A stretch of 64,000 nucleotides of DNA from Schmidtea polychroa (lineage: Eukaryota), in NCBI GenBank assembly GCA_044892525.1, contig CM097885.1:3226001-3290000 (forward strand), read 5' to 3'. How positions within the stretch are numbered: position 1 is the first letter of the stretch; each line of letters begins with the position of its first letter. The notes under the pieces were generated by a model, which made no database searches, was not told where the DNA came from, and was given only the letters and a program-made list of their open reading frames with translations. The position numbers and the translations under genes were made by a program. Below are positions 43,817-60,400 of the stretch, piece by piece.

Positions 43817-45204
43817 GGAGATAGAGATAGGGAGATAGAGATAGGGAGATATAGAGATAGGGAGATATAGAAATAGGGAGATATAGAGATAGAGATAGGG
43901 AGATAGAGATAGGGAGATATAGAGATAGGGAGATATAGAGATAGAGATAGGGAGATAGAGATATAGATATAGAGAGATAGAGATAGGGAGATAGAGATAG
44001 GGAGATAGAGATAGGGAGATAGAGATAGGGAGATATAGAGATAGAGATATAGAGATAGGGAGATAGAGATAGGGAGATATAGAGATAGAGATAGGGAGAT
44101 AGAGATATAGATATAGAGAGATAGAGATAGGGAGATAGAGATAGGGAGAAAGAGATAGAGATATAGAGATAGGGAGATATAGAGATAGGGAGATATAGAG
44201 ATAGGGAGATATAGAGATAGGGAGATAGAGATAGAGATAAAGATATAGAGAGATAGGGAGATAGAGATAGGGAGAGAGAGATAGGGAGATAGAGATAGGG
44301 AGATATAGAGATAGGGAGATATAGAGATAGGGAGATATAGAGATAGGGAGATATAGAGATAGGGAGATATAGAGATAGGGAGATATAGAGATAGGGAGAT
44401 AGAGATAGGGAGATATAGAGATAGGGAGATATAGAGATAGGGAGATATAGAGATAGGGAGATATAGAGATAGGGAGATATAGAGATAGGGAGATATAGAG
44501 ATAGGGAGATATAGAGATAGGGAGATATAAAGATAGGGAGATATAGAGATAGAGATATAGATATAGAGATAGGGAGATATAGAGATAGGGAGATATAAAG
44601 ATAGGGAGATATAGAGATAGGGAGATCTAGAGATAGGGAGATATAGAGATAGGGAGATATAAAGATAGGGAGATATAGAGATAGAGATATAGATATAGAG
44701 ATAGGGAGATATAGAGATAGGGAGATATAAAGATAGGGAGATATAGAGATAGAGATATAGATATAGAGATAGGGAGATATAGAGATAGGGAGATATAGAG
44801 ATAGGGAGATATAGAGATAGGGAGATATAGAGAGAGATAGAGATAAAGATATAGAGAGATAGGGAGATAGAGATAGGGAGATAGAGATAAAGAGAGATAT
44901 AGAGATATAGAGAGAAATATAGATAGAGAGATATAGATAGAGATATATAGAGATAGAGATAGAGATAGGGAGATATAGAGATAGAGATAGGGAGATAGAG
45001 ATAGGGAGATAGAGATAGGGAGATATAGAGATAGAGATTGAGATAGAGATAGAGATATAGAGAGATAGAGATAGGGAGATATAGAGATAGAGATAGAGAT
45101 ATAGAGAGATAGAGATAGGGAGATATAGAGATAGAGATAGAGATATAGAGATAGAGATATAGAGATAGAGATATAGATATAGAGAGAGAGATATAGAGAT
45201 AGAG

Positions 45205-45235
<31 letters not shown>

Positions 45236-48200
45236 TAGGGAGATAGAGATAGGGAGATAGAGATAGGGAGATATAGAGATAGGGAGATATAGAGATAGGG
45301 AGATATAGAGATAGGGAGATATAGAGATAGAGATAGGGAGATAGAGATAGGGAGATATAGAGATAGAGATAGGGAGATAGAGATAGGGAGATATAGAGAT
45401 AGGGAGATATAGAGATAGGGAGATATAGAGATAGAGATAGGGAGATAGAGATATAGATATAGAGAGATAGAGATAGGGAGATAGAGATAGAGAGATATAG
45501 AGATAGAGATATAGAGATAGGGAGATAGAGATAGGGAGATATAGAGATAGAGATAGGGAGATAGAGATATAGATATAGAGAGATAGAGATAGGGAGATAG
45601 AGATAGGGAGAAAGAGATAGAGATATAGAGATAGGGAGATATAGAGATAGGGAGATATAGAGATAGGGAGATATAGAGATAGGGAGATAGAGATAGAGAT
45701 AAAGATATAGAGAGATAGGGAGATAGAGATAGGGAGATAGAGATAGGGAGATAGAGATAGGGAGATATAGAGATAGGGAGATATAGAGATAGGGAGATAT
45801 AGAGATAGGGAGATATAGAGATAGGGAGATATAGAGATAGGGAGATATAGAGATAGGGAGATATAGAGATAGGGAGATATAGAGATAGGGAGATATAGAG
45901 ATAGGGAGATATAGAGATAGAGATAGGGAGATATAGAGATAGAGATATAGATATAGATATAGAGAGATAGAGATATAGATATAGAGAGATAGAGATAGGG
46001 AGATAGAGATAGGGAGATAGAGATAGGGAGATAGAGATAGGGAGATAGAGATATAGAGATAGGGAGATATAGAGATAGGGAGATATAGAGATAGGGAGAT
46101 ATAGAGATAAGGAGATATAGAGATAGGGAGATATAAAGATAGGGAGATATAGAGATAGAGATATAGATATAGAGAGATAGGGAGATAGAGATAGGGAGAT
46201 AGAGATATAGAGAGATAGAGATAGGGAGATAGAGATAGGGAGATATAGATATAGGGAGATATAGAGATAGGGAGATATAGAGATAGGGAGATATAGAGAT
46301 AGGGAGATATAGAGATAGGGAGATATAGAGATAGGGAGATATAGAGATAGGGAGATATAGAGATAGGGAGATATAGAGATAGGGAGATAGAGATAGGATA
46401 TAGATATAGAGAGATAGGGAGATAGAGATAGGGAGATAGAGATAGGGAGATATAGAGATAGGGAGATATAGAGATAGGGAGATAGAGATAGAGATATAGA
46501 TATAGAGATAGGGAGATATAGAGATAGGGAGATATAGAGATAGGGAGATATAGAGATAGAGATATAGATATAGAGATAGGGAGATATAGAGATAGAGATA
46601 TAGAGAGATAGAGATAGGGAGATAGAGATAGGGAGATATAGAGATAGGGAGATATAGTGATAGGGAGATATAGAGATAGGGAGATATAGAGATAGGGAGA
46701 TATAAAGATAGGGAGATATAGAGATAGAGATATAGATATAGAGATAGGGAGATATAGAGATAGGGAGATAGAGATAGGGAGATATAGAGATAGAGATAGG
46801 GAGATAGAGATATAGATATAGAGAGATAGAGATAGGGAGATAGAGATAGGGAGATATAGAGATAGAGATATAGAGATAGAGATATAGATATAGAGAGATA
46901 GAGATAGGGAGATAGATATAGAGATAGAGATAGGGAGATATAGAGATAGAGATAGAGATAGAGATATAGATATAGAGAGATAGAGATAGGGAGATAGAGA
47001 TAGGGAGATAGAGATATAGATATAGAGAGAAGGAGATAGAGATATAGATAGAGAGATATAGAGATAGAGATATAGAGATAGAGATAGGGAGATAGAGATA
47101 GGGAGATATAGAGATAGAGATATGGAGATAAAGATATAGATATAGAGAGATAGAGATAGGGAGATAGAGATAGGGAGATAGAGATAGGGAGATAGAGATA
47201 GGGAGATAGAGATAGGGAGATATAGAGATAGAGATATAGAGATAGAGATAGATATAGAGATAGAGATAGAGATATAGATATAGAGATAGGGAGATATAAG
47301 ATAGGGAGATATAGAGATAGAGATATAGATATAGAGATAGGGAGATATAGAGATAGGGAGATATAGAGATAGGGAGATATAGAGAGAGATAGAGATATAG
47401 ATATAGAGAGATAGGGAGATAGAGATAGGGAGATAGAGATATAGAGAGATAGAGATAGGGAGATAGAGATAGGGAGATATAGATATAGGGAGATATAGAG
47501 ATAGGGAGATATAGAGATAGGGAGATATAGAGATAGGGAGATATTGAGATAGGGAGATATAGAGATAGGGAGATATAGAGATAGGGAGATATAGAGATAG
47601 GGAGATATAGAGATAGGGAGATATAGAGATAGGGAGATAGAGATAGAGATATAGATATAGAGAGATAGGGAGATAGAGATAGGGAGATAGAGATAGGGAG
47701 ATATAGAGATAGGGAGATATAGAGAGAGATAGAGATATAGATATAGAGAGATAGGGAGATAGAGATAGAGATATAGATATAGAGAGATAGGGAGATAGAG
47801 ATAGGGAGATAGAGATAGGGAGATATAGAGATAGGGAGATAGAGATAGAGATATAGATATAGAGATAGGGAGATATAGAGATAGGGAGATATAGAGATAG
47901 GGAGATATAGAGATAGGGAGATAGAGATAGAGATATAGATATAGAGATAGGGAGATATAGAGATAGGGAGATATAGAGATAGGGAGATATAGAGATAGGG
48001 AGATATAGAGATAGGGAGATATAGAGATAGGGAGATATAAAGATAGGGAGATATAGAGATAGAGATATAGATATAGAGATAGGGAGATATAGAGATAGAG
48101 ATATAGATATAGATATAGAGAGATAGAGATAGGGAGATAGAGATAGGGAGATATAGAGATAGGGAGATATAGAGATAGGGAGATATAGAGATAGGGAGAT

Positions 48201-51200
48201 ATAGAGATAGGGAGATATAAAGATAGGGAGATATAGAGATAGAGATATAGATATAGAGATAGGGAGATATAGAGATAGGGAGATATAGAGATAGGGAGAT
48301 ATAGATAGAGATATAGATATAGAGAGATAGGGAGATAGAGATAGGGAGAGATAGAGATAGGGAGATATAGAGATAGGGAGATATAGAGATAGGGAGATAT
48401 AGAGATAGGGAGATATAGAGATAGGGAGATATAGAGATAGGGAGATATAGAGATAGAGATATAGATATAGAGATAGGGAGATATAGAGATAGAGATATAG
48501 ATATAGATATAGAGAGATAGAGATATAGATATAGAGAGATAGAGATAGGGAGATAGAGATAGGGAGATATAGAGATAGGGAGATATAGAGATAGGGAGAT
48601 ATAGAGATAGGGAGATATAGAGATAGGGAGATATAAAGATAGGGAGATATAGAGATAGGGAGATATAGAGATAGGGAGATATAGATATAGGGAGATATAG
48701 AGATAGGGAGATATAGAGATAGGGAGATATAGAGATAGGGAGATAGAGATAGAGATATAGATATAGAGAGATAGGGAGATAGAGATAGGGAGATAGAGAT
48801 AGGGAGATATAGAGATAGGGAGATATAGAGAGAGATAGAGATATAGATATAGAGAGATAGGGAGATAGAGATAGAGATATAGATATAGAGAGATAGGGAG
48901 ATAGAGATAGGGAGATAGAGATAGGGAGATATAGAGATAGGGAGATATAGAGATAGGGAGATAGAGATAGAGATATAGATATAGAGATAGGGAGATATAG
49001 AGATAGGGAGATATAGAGATAGGGAGATATAGAGATAGGGAGATATAGAGATAGGGAGATATAGAGATAGGGAGATATAAAGATAGGGAGATATAGAGAT
49101 AGAGATATAGATATAGAGATAGGGAGATATAGAGATAGAGATATAGATATAGATATAGAGAGATAGAGATAGGGAGATAGAGATAGGGAGATATAGAGAT
49201 AGGGAGATATAGAGATAGGGAGATATAGAGATAGGGAGATATAGAGATAGGGAGATATAAAGATAGGGAGATATAGAGATAGAGATATAGATATAGAGAT
49301 AGGGAGATATAGAGATAGGGAGATATAGAGATAGGGAGATATAGATAGAGATATAGATATAGAGAGATAGGGAGATAGAGATAGGGAGAGATAGAGATAG
49401 GGAGATATAGAGATAGGGAGATATAGAGATAGGGAGATATAGAGATAGGGAGATATAGAGATAGGGAGATATAGAGATAGGGAGATATAGAGATAGAGAT
49501 ATAGATATAGAGATAGGGAGATATAGAGATAGAGATATAGATATAGATATAGAGAGATAGAGATATAGATATAGAGAGATAGAGATAGGGAGATAGAGAT
49601 ATAGATATAGAGAGATAGAGATAGGGAGATAGAGATAGGGAGAAAGAGATAGAGATATAGAGATAGGGAGATATAGAGATAGGGAGATATAGAGATAGGG
49701 AGATATAGAGATAGGGAGATAGAGATAGAGATAAAGATATAGAGAGATAGGGAGATAGAGATAGGGAGATAGAGATAGGGAGATAGAGATAGGGAGATAT
49801 AGAGATAGGGAGATATAGAGATAGGGAGATATAGAGATAGGGAGATATAGAGATAGGGAGATATAGAGATAGGGAGATATAGAGATAGGGAGATATAGAG
49901 ATAGGGAGATATAGAGATAGGGAGATATAGAGATAGAGATAGGGAGATATAGAGATAGAGATATAGATATAGATATAGAGAGATAGAGATATAGATATAG
50001 AGAGATAGAGATAGGGAGATAGAGATAGGGAGATAGAGATAGGGAGATAGAGATAGGGAGATAGAGATATAGAGATAGGGAGATATAGAGATAGGGAGAT
50101 ATAGAGATAGGGAGATATAGAGATAAGGAGATATAGAGATAGGGAGATATAAAGATAGGGAGATATAGAGATAGAGATATAGATATAGAGAGATAGGGAG
50201 ATAGAGATAGGGAGATAGAGATATAGAGAGATAGAGATAGGGAGATAGAGATAGGGAGATATAGATATAGGGAGATATAGAGATAGGGAGATATAGAGAT
50301 AGGGAGATATAGAGATAGGGAGATATAGAGATAGGGAGATATAGAGATAGGGAGATATAGAGATAGGGAGATATAGAGATAGGGAGATATAGAGATAGGG
50401 AGATAGAGATAGAGATATAGATATAGAGAGATATGGAGATAGAGATAGGGAGATAGAGATAGGGAGATAGAGATAGGGAGATATGGAGATAGGGAGATAT
50501 AGAGATAGGGAGATATAGAGATAGGGAGATATAGAGATAGGGAGATATAAAGATAGGGAGATATAGAGATAGAGATATAGATATAGAGATAGGGAGATAT
50601 AGAGATAGGGAGATATAAAGATAGGGAGATATAGAGATAGAGATATAGATATAGAGATAGGGAGATATAGAGATAGGGAGATATAGAGATAGGGAGATAT
50701 AGAGATAGGGAGATATAGAGATAGGGAGATAGAGATAGAGATAGGGAGATATAGAGATAGGGAGATATAGAGATAGGGAGATATAGAGAGAGATAGAGAT
50801 ATAGATATAGAGAGATAGGGAGATAGAGATAGGGAGATAGAGATATAGAGAGATAGAGATAGGGAGATAGAGATAGGGAGATATAGAGATAGGGAGATAT
50901 AGAGATAGGGAGATATAAAGATAGGGAGATATAGAGATAGAGATATAGATATAGAGATAGGGAGATATAGAGATAGGGAGATATAAAGATAGGGAGATAT
51001 AGAGATAGAGATATAGATATAGAGATAGGGAGATATAGAGATAGGGAGATATAGAGATAGGGAGATATAGAGATAGGGAGATATAGAGAGAGATAGAGAT
51101 AAAGATATAGAGAGATAGGGAGATAGAGATAGGGAGATAGAGATAAAGAGAGATATAGAGATATAGAGAGAAATATAGATAGAGAGATATAGATAGAGAT

Positions 51201-51416
51201 ATATAGAGATAGAGATAGAGATAGGGAGATATAGAGATAGAGATAGGGAGATAGAGATAGGGAGATAGAGATAGGGAGATATAGAGATAGAGATTGAGAT
51301 AGAGATAGAGATATAGAGAGATAGAGATAGGGAGATATAGAGATAGAGATAGAGATATAGAGATAGAGATATAGAGATAGAGATATAGATATAGAGAGAG
51401 AGATATAGAGATAGAG

Positions 51417-51458
<42 letters not shown>

Positions 51459-54400
51459 GGAGATAGAGATAGGGAGATAGAGATAGGGAGATATAGAGAT
51501 AGGGAGATATAGAGATAGGGAGATATAGAGATAGGGAGATATAGAGATAGAGATAGGGAGATAGAGATAGGGAGATATAGAGATAGAGATAGGGAGATAG
51601 AGATAGGGAGATATAGAGATAGGGAGATATAGAGATAGGGAGATATAGAGATAGAGATAGGGAGATAGAGATATAGATATAGAGAGATAGAGATAGGGAG
51701 ATAGAGATAGAGAGATATAGAGATAGAGATATAGAGATAGGGAGATAGAGATAGGGAGATATAGAGATAGAGATAGGGAGATAGAGATATAGATATAGAG
51801 AGATAGAGATAGGGAGATAGAGATAGGGAGAAAGAGATAGAGATATAGAGATAGGGAGATATAGAGATAGGGAGATATAGAGATAGGGAGATATAGAGAT
51901 AGGGAGATAGAGATAGAGATAAAGATATAGAGAGATAGGGAGATAGAGATAGGGAGATAGAGATAGGGAGATAGAGATAGGGAGATATAGAGATAGGGAG
52001 ATATAGAGATAGGGAGATATAGAGATAGGGAGATATAGAGATAGGGAGATATAGAGATAGGGAGATATAGAGATAGGGAGATATAGAGATAGGGAGATAT
52101 AGAGATAGGGAGATATAGAGATAGAGATAGGGAGATATAGAGATAGAGATATAGATATAGATATAGAGAGATAGAGATATAGATATAGAGAGATAGAGAT
52201 AGGGAGATAGAGATAGGGAGATAGAGATAGGGAGATAGAGATAGGGAGATAGAGATATAGAGATAGGGAGATATAGAGATAGGGAGATATAGAGATAGGG
52301 AGATATAGAGATAAGGAGATATAGAGATAGGGAGATATAAAGATAGGGAGATATAGAGATAGAGATATAGATATAGAGAGATAGGAAGATAGAGATAGGG
52401 AGATAGAGATATAGAGAGATAGAGATAGGGAGATAGAGATAGGGAGATATAGATATAGGGAGATATAGAGATAGGGAGATATAGAGATAGGGAGATATAG
52501 AGATAGGGAGATATAGAGATAGGGAGATATAGAGATAGGGAGATATAGAGATAGGGAGATATAGAGATAGGGAGATATAGAGATAGGGAGATAGAGATAG
52601 AGATATAGATATAGAGAGATAGGGAGATAGAGATAGGGAGATAGAGATAGGGAGATATAGAGATAGGGAGATATAGAGATAGGGAGATAGAGATAGAGAT
52701 ATAGATATAGAGATAGGGAGATATAGAGATAGGGAGATATAGAGATAGGGAGATATAGAGATAGAGATATAGATATAGAGATAGGGAGATATAGAGATAG
52801 AGATATAGAGAGATAGAGATAGGGAGATAGAGATAGGGAGATATAGAGATAGGGAGATATAGTGATAGGGAGATATAGAGATAGGGAGATATAGAGATAG
52901 GGAGATATAAACATAGGGAGATATAGAGATAGAGATATAGATATAGAGATAGGGAGATATAGAGATAGGGAGATAGAGATAGGGAGATATAGAGATAGAG
53001 ATAGGGAGATAGAGATATAGATATAGAGAGATAGAGATAGGGAGATAGAGATAGGGAGATATAGAGATAGAGATATAGAGATATAGATATAGAGAGATAG
53101 AGATAGGGAGATAGATATAGAGATAGAGATAGAGAGATATAGAGATAGAGATAGAGATAGAGATATAGATATAGAGAGATAGAGATAGGGAGATAGAGAT
53201 AGGGAGATAGAGATATAGATATAGAGAGATAGAGATAGAGATATAGATAGAGAGATATAGAGATAGAGATATAGAGATAGAGATAGGGAGATAGAGATAG
53301 GGAGATATAGAGATAGAGATATGGAGATAAAGATATAGATATAGAGAGATAGAGATAGGGAGATAGAGATAGGGAGATAGAGATAGGGAGATAGAGATAG
53401 GGAGATAGAGACAGGGAGATATAGAGATAGAGATATAGAGATAGAGATAGATATAGAGATAGAGATAGAGATAGAGATATAGATATAGAGATAGGGAGAT
53501 ATAAAGATAGGGAGATATAGAGATAGAGATATAGATATAGAGATAGGGAGATATAGAGATAGGGAGATATAGAGATAGGGAGATATAGAGAGAGATAGAG
53601 ATATAGATATAGAGAGATAGGGAGATAGAGATAGGGAGATAGAGATATAGAGAGATAGAGATAGGGAGATAGAGATAGGGAGATATAGATATAGGGAGAT
53701 ATAGAGATAGGGAGATATAGAGATAGGGAGATATAGAGATAGGGAGATATTGAGATAGGGAGATAAAGAGATAGGGAGATATAGAGATAGGGAGATATAG
53801 AGATAGGGAGATATAGAGATAGGGAGATATAGAGATAGGGAGATAGAGATAGAGATATAGATATAGAGAGATAGGGAGATAGAGATAGGGAGATAGAGAT
53901 AGGGAGATATAGAGATAGGGAGATATAGAGAGAGATAGAGATATAGATATAGAGAGATAGGGAGATAGAGATAGAGATATAGATATAGAGAGATAGGGAG
54001 ATAGAGATAGGGAGATAGAGATAGGGAGATATAGAGATAGGGAGATATAGAGATAGGGAGATAGAGATAGAGATATAGATATAGAGATAGGGAGATATAG
54101 AGATAGGGAGATATAGAGATAGGGAGATATAGAGATAGGGAGATATAGAGATAGGGAGATATAGAGATAGGGAGATATAAAGATAGGGAGATATAGAGAT
54201 AGAGATATAGATATAGAGATAGGGAGATATAGAGATAGAGATATAGATATAGATATAGAGAGATAGAGATAGGGAGATAGAGATAGGGAGATATAGAGAT
54301 AGGGAGATATAGAGATAGGGAGATATAGAGATAGGGAGATATAGAGATAGGGAGATATAAAGATAGGGAGATATAGAGATAGAGATATAGATATAGAGAT

Positions 54401-57400
54401 AGGGAGATATAGAGATAGGGAGATATAGAGATAGGGAGATATAGATAGAGATATAGATATAGAGAGATAGGGAGATAGAGATAGGGAGAGATAGAGATAG
54501 GGAGATATAGAGATAGGGAGATATAGAGATAGGGAGATGTAGAGATAGGGAGATATAGAGATAGGGAGATATAGAGATAGGGAGATATAGAGATAGAGAT
54601 ATAGATATAGAGATAGGGAGATATAGAGATAGAGATATAGATATAGATATAGAGAGATAGAGATATAGATATAGAGAGATAGAGATAGGGAGATAGAGAT
54701 AGGGAGATATAGAGATAGGGAGATATAGAGATAGGGAGATATAGAGATAGGGAGATATAGAGATAGGGAGATATAAAGATAGGGAGATATAGAGATAGAG
54801 ATATAGATATAGAGATAGGGAGATATAGAGATAGGGAGATATAGAGATAGGGAGATATAGAGAGAGATAGAGATATAGATATAGAGAGATAGGGAGATAG
54901 AGATAGAGATATAGATATAGAGAGATAGGGAGATAGAGATAGGGAGATAGAGATAGGGAGATATAGAGATAGGGAGATAGAGATAGGGAGATATAGAGAT
55001 AGGGAGATAGAGATAGAGATATAGATATAGAGATAGGGAGATATAGAGATAGGGAGATATAGAGATAGGGAGATATAGAGATAGGGAGATATAGAGATAG
55101 GGAGATATAGAGATAGGGAGATATAGAGATAGGGAGATATAAAGATAGGGAGATATAGAGATAGAGATATAGATATAGAGATAGGGAGATATAGAGATAG
55201 GGAGATAGAGATAGGGAGATATAGAGATAGAGATAGGGAGATAGAGATATAGATATAGAGAGATAGAGATAGGGAGATATAGAGATAGGGAGATATAGAG
55301 ATAGGGAGATATAGAGATAGGGAGATATAGAGATAGGGAGATATAGAGATAGAGATAGGGAGATAGAGATAGGGAGATATAGAGATAGAGATTGAGATAG
55401 AGATAGAGATATAGAGAGATAGAGATAGGGAGATATAGAGATAGAGATAGAGATATAGAGAGATAGAGATAGGGAGATATAGAGATAGAGATAGAGATAT
55501 AGAGATAGAGATATAGAGATAGAGATATAGATATAGAGAGAGAGATATAGAGATAGAGATATAGAGAGAGAGAGAGAGAGAGAGAGATAGGGAGATAGAG
55601 ATAGGGAGATAGAGATAGGGAGATATAGAGATAGGGAGATATAGAGATAGGGAGATATAGAGATAGGGAGATATAGAGATAGGGAGATATAGAGATAGGG
55701 AGATATAGAGATAGGGAGATATAGAGATAGGGAGATATAGAGATAGGGAGATATAGAGATAGGGAGATAGGGAGATAGGGAGATATAGAGATAGGGAGAT
55801 ATAGAGATAGGGAGATATAGAGATAGGGAGATATAGAGATAGGGAGATATAGAGATAGGGAGATATAAAGATAGGGAGATATAGAGATAGAGATATAGAT
55901 ATAGAGATAGGGAGATATAGAGGTAGAGATATAGATATAGATATAGAGAGATAGAGATAGGGAGATAGAGATAGGGAGATATAGAGATAGGGAGATATAG
56001 AGATAGGGAGATATAGAGATAGGGAGATATAGAGATAGGGAGATATAAAGATAGGGAGATATAGAGATAGAGATATAGATATAGAGATAGGGAGATATAG
56101 AGATAGGGAGATATAAAGATAGGGAGATATAGAGATAGAGATATAGATATAGAGATAGGGAGATATAGAGATAGGGAGATATAGAGATAGGGAGATATAG
56201 AGATAGGGAGATATAGAGAGAGATAGAGATATAGATATAGAGAGATAGGGAGATAGAGATAGGGAGATAGAGATAAAGAGAGATATAGAGATATAGAGAG
56301 AAATATAGATAGAGAGATATAGATAGAGATATATAGAGATAGAGATAGAGATAGGGAGATATAGAGATAGAGATAGGGAGATAGAGATAGGGAGATAGAG
56401 ATAGGGAGATATAGAGATAGAGATTGAGATAGAGATAGAGATATAGAGAGATAGAGATAGGGAGATAGAGATAGAGATAGAGATATAGAGAGATAGAGAT
56501 AGGGAGATATAGAGATAGAGATAGAGATATAGAGATAGAGATATAGAGATAGAGATATAGATATAGAGAGAGAGATATAGAGATAGAGATATAGAGAGAG
56601 AGAGAGAGAGAGAGATAGGGAGATAGAGATAGGGAGATAGAGATAGGGAGATATAGAGATAGGGAGATATAGAGATAGGGAGATATAGAGATAGGGAGAT
56701 ATAGAGATAGGGAGATATAGAGATAGGGAGATATAGAGATAGGGAGATATAGAGATAGGGAGATATAGAGATAGGGAGATATAGAGATAGGGAGATAGGG
56801 AGATAGGGAGATATAGAGATAGGGAGATATAGAGATAGGGAGATATAGAGATAGGGAGATATAGAGATAGGGAGATATAGAGATAGGGAGATATAGAGAT
56901 AGGGAGATATAGAGATAGAGATAGGGAGATATAGAGATAGAGATATAGATATAGATATAGAGAGATAGAGATATAGATATAGAGAGATAGAGATAGGGAG
57001 ATAGAGATAGGGAGATATAGATATAGGGAGATATAGAGATAGGGAGATATAGAGATAGGGAGATATAGAGATAGGGAGATATAGAGATAGGGAGATATAG
57101 AGATAGGGAGATATAGAGATAGGGAGATAGAGATAGAGATATAGATATAGAGAGATAGGGAGATAGAGATAGGGAGATAGAGATAGGGAGATATAGAGAT
57201 AGGGAGATATAGAGATAGGGAGATAGAGATAGAGATATAGATATAGAGATAGGGAGATATAGAGATAGGGAGATATAGAGATAGGGAGATATAGAGATAG
57301 AGAGATATAGAGATAGGGAGATATAGAGATAGGGAGATATAGAGATAGGGAGATATAGAGATAGGGAGATATAGAGATAGGGAGATATAGAGATAGGGAG

Positions 57401-60400
57401 ATATAGAGATAGAGATAGGGAGATATAGAGATAGAGATATAGATATAGATATAGAGAGATAGAGATATAGATATAGAGAGATAGAGATAGGGATATAGAG
57501 ATAGGGAGATAGAGATAGGGAGATAGAGATAGGGAGATAGAGATATAGAGATAGGGAGATATAGAGATAGGGAGATATAGAGATAGGGAGATATAGAGAT
57601 AAGGAGATATAGAGATAGGGAGATATAAAGATAGGGAGATATAGAGATAGGGAGATATAGAGATAGGGAGATATAGAGATAGGGAGATATAGAGATAGAG
57701 ATATAGATATAGAGATAGGGAGATATAGAGATAGGGAGATATAGAGATAGGGAGATATAGAGAGAGATAGAGATATAGATATAGAGAGATAGGGAGATAG
57801 AGATAGGGAGATAGAGATATAGAGAGATAGAGATAGGGAGATAGAGATAGGGAGATATAGAGATTGGGAGATATAGAGATAGGGAGATAGAGATAGGGAG
57901 ATATAGAGATAGCGAGATATAGAGATAGGGAGATATAGAGATAGGGAGATATAGAGATAGGGAGATATAGAGATAGGGAGATATAGAGATAGAGATAGGG
58001 AGATATAGAGATAGAGATATAGATATAGATATAGAGAGATAGAGATATAGATATAGAGAGATAGAGATAGGGAGATAGAGATAGGGAGATAGAGATAGGG
58101 AGATAGAGATAGGGAGATAGAGATATAGAGATAGGGAGATATAGAGATAGGGAGATATAGAGATAGGGAGATATAGAGATAAGGAGATATAGAGATAGGG
58201 AGATATAAAGATAGGGAGATATAGAGATAGAGATATAGATATAGAGATAGGGAGATATAGAGATAGGGAGATATAGAGATAGGGAGATATAGAGAGAGAT
58301 AGAGATATAGATATAGAGAGATAGGGAGATAGGGAGATAGAGATATAGAGAGATAGAGATAGGGAGATAGAGATAGGGAGATATAGATATAGGGAGATAT
58401 AGAGATAGGGAGATATAGAGATAGGGAGATATAGAGATAGGGAGATATAGAGATAGGGAGATATAGAGATAGGGAGATATAGAGATAGGGAGATATAGAG
58501 ATAGGGAGATATAGAGATAGGGAGATAGAGATAGAGATATAGATATAGAGAGATAGGGAGATAGAGATAGGGAGATAGAGATAGGGAGATATAGAGATAG
58601 GGAGATATAGAGATAGGGAGATAGAGATAGAGATATAGAGATAGGGAGATATAGAGATAGGGAGATATAGAGATAGGGAGATATAGAGATAGAGATATAG
58701 ATATAGAGATAGGGAGATATAGAGATAGAGATATAGAGAGATAGAGATAGGGAGATAGTGATAGGGAGATATAGAGATAGGGAGATATAGAGATAGGGAG
58801 ATATAAAGATAGGGAGATATAGAGATAGAGATATAGATATAGAGATAGGGAGATATAGAGATAGGGAGATAGAGATAGGGAGATATAGAGATAGAGATAG
58901 GGAGATAGAGATATAGATATAGAGAGATAGAGATAGGGAGATATAGAGATAGGGAGATATAGAGATAGGGAGATATAGAGATAGGGAGATATAGAGATAG
59001 GGAGATATAGAGATAGAGATAGGGAGATAGAGATAGGGAGATATAGAGATAGAGATAGGGAGATATAGAGATAGGGAGATAGAGATAGGGAGATATAGAG
59101 ATAGGGAGATATAGAGATAGAGATATAGAGATAGAGATATAGATATAGAGAGATAGAGATAGGGAGATAGATATAGAGATAGAGATAGGGAGATATAGAG
59201 ATAGAGATAGAGATAGAGATATAGATATAGAGAGATAGAGATAGGGAAATAGAGATAGGGAGATAGAGATATAGATATAGAGAGATAGAGATAGAGATAG
59301 AGATAGAGAGATATAGAGATAGAGATATAGAGATAGAGATAGGGAGATAGAGATAGGGAGATATAGAGATAGAGATAGGGAGATAAAGATATAGATATAG
59401 AGAGATAGAGATAGGGAGATAGAGATAGGGAGATAGAGATAGGGAGATAGAGATAGGGAGATAGAGATAGGGAGATATAGAGATAGAGATATAGAGATAG
59501 AGATATAGAGAGATAGAGATATAGAGATAGGGAGATAGAGATAGAGATAGAGATATAGATATAGAGAGATAGAGATAGGGAGATAGAGATAGGGAGATAT
59601 AGAGATATAGGGAGATAGAGATAGAGATATAGAGATAGAGATAGGGAGATATAGAGATAGAGATATAGAGAGATAGAGATATAGGGAGATAGAGATATAG
59701 ATATAGAGATAGAGATAGGGAGATATAGAGATAGAGAGAGATAGGGAGATAGAGATATAGATATAGAGAGATAGAGATAGGGGGATATAGAGATAGAGAT
59801 AGAGATATAGAGATAGAGATATAGAGATAGGGAGATAGAGATATAGATAGAGGGAGATAGAGAGGGAGATATAGAGATAGAGATATAGAGATATAGATAG
59901 AGATAGAGAGATAAAGAGAGATATAGAGATATAGAGAAATATAGATAGAGAGATATAGATAGAGATATAGAGATAGAGATATAGAGATAGAGATAGGGAG
60001 ATATAGATAGGGAGATAGAGAGGGAGATATAGAGATAGAGATATAGAGATATAGATAGAGATAGAGAGATAAAGAGAGATATAGAGATATAGAGAAATAT
60101 AGATAGAGAGATATAGATAGAGATATAGAGATAGAGATATAGAGATAGAGATAGGGAGATAAAGATATAGAGATAGGGAGATATAGATATAGAGAGATAG
60201 AGATAGGGAGATAGAGATAGGGAGATATAGAGATAGAGATAGAGATAGAGATAGAGATATAGAGAGATAGAGATAGGGAGATATAGAGATAGAGATAGTG
60301 ATAGGGAGATAGAGATATAGATATAGAGAGATAGAGATAGGGAGATATAGAGATAGAGATAGATATAGATATAGGGAGATAGAGAGGGAGATATAGAGAT

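Noticed and set aside
4645..52914. 16,089-aa minus-strand ORF of I/S/L/Y/P
   Set aside because: Compositional artefact: a strand with almost no G or AA cannot form stop codons. The ATG comes from one rare C variant at 52912, and 2-bp indels and 14/16-bp units show no codon-level constraint.
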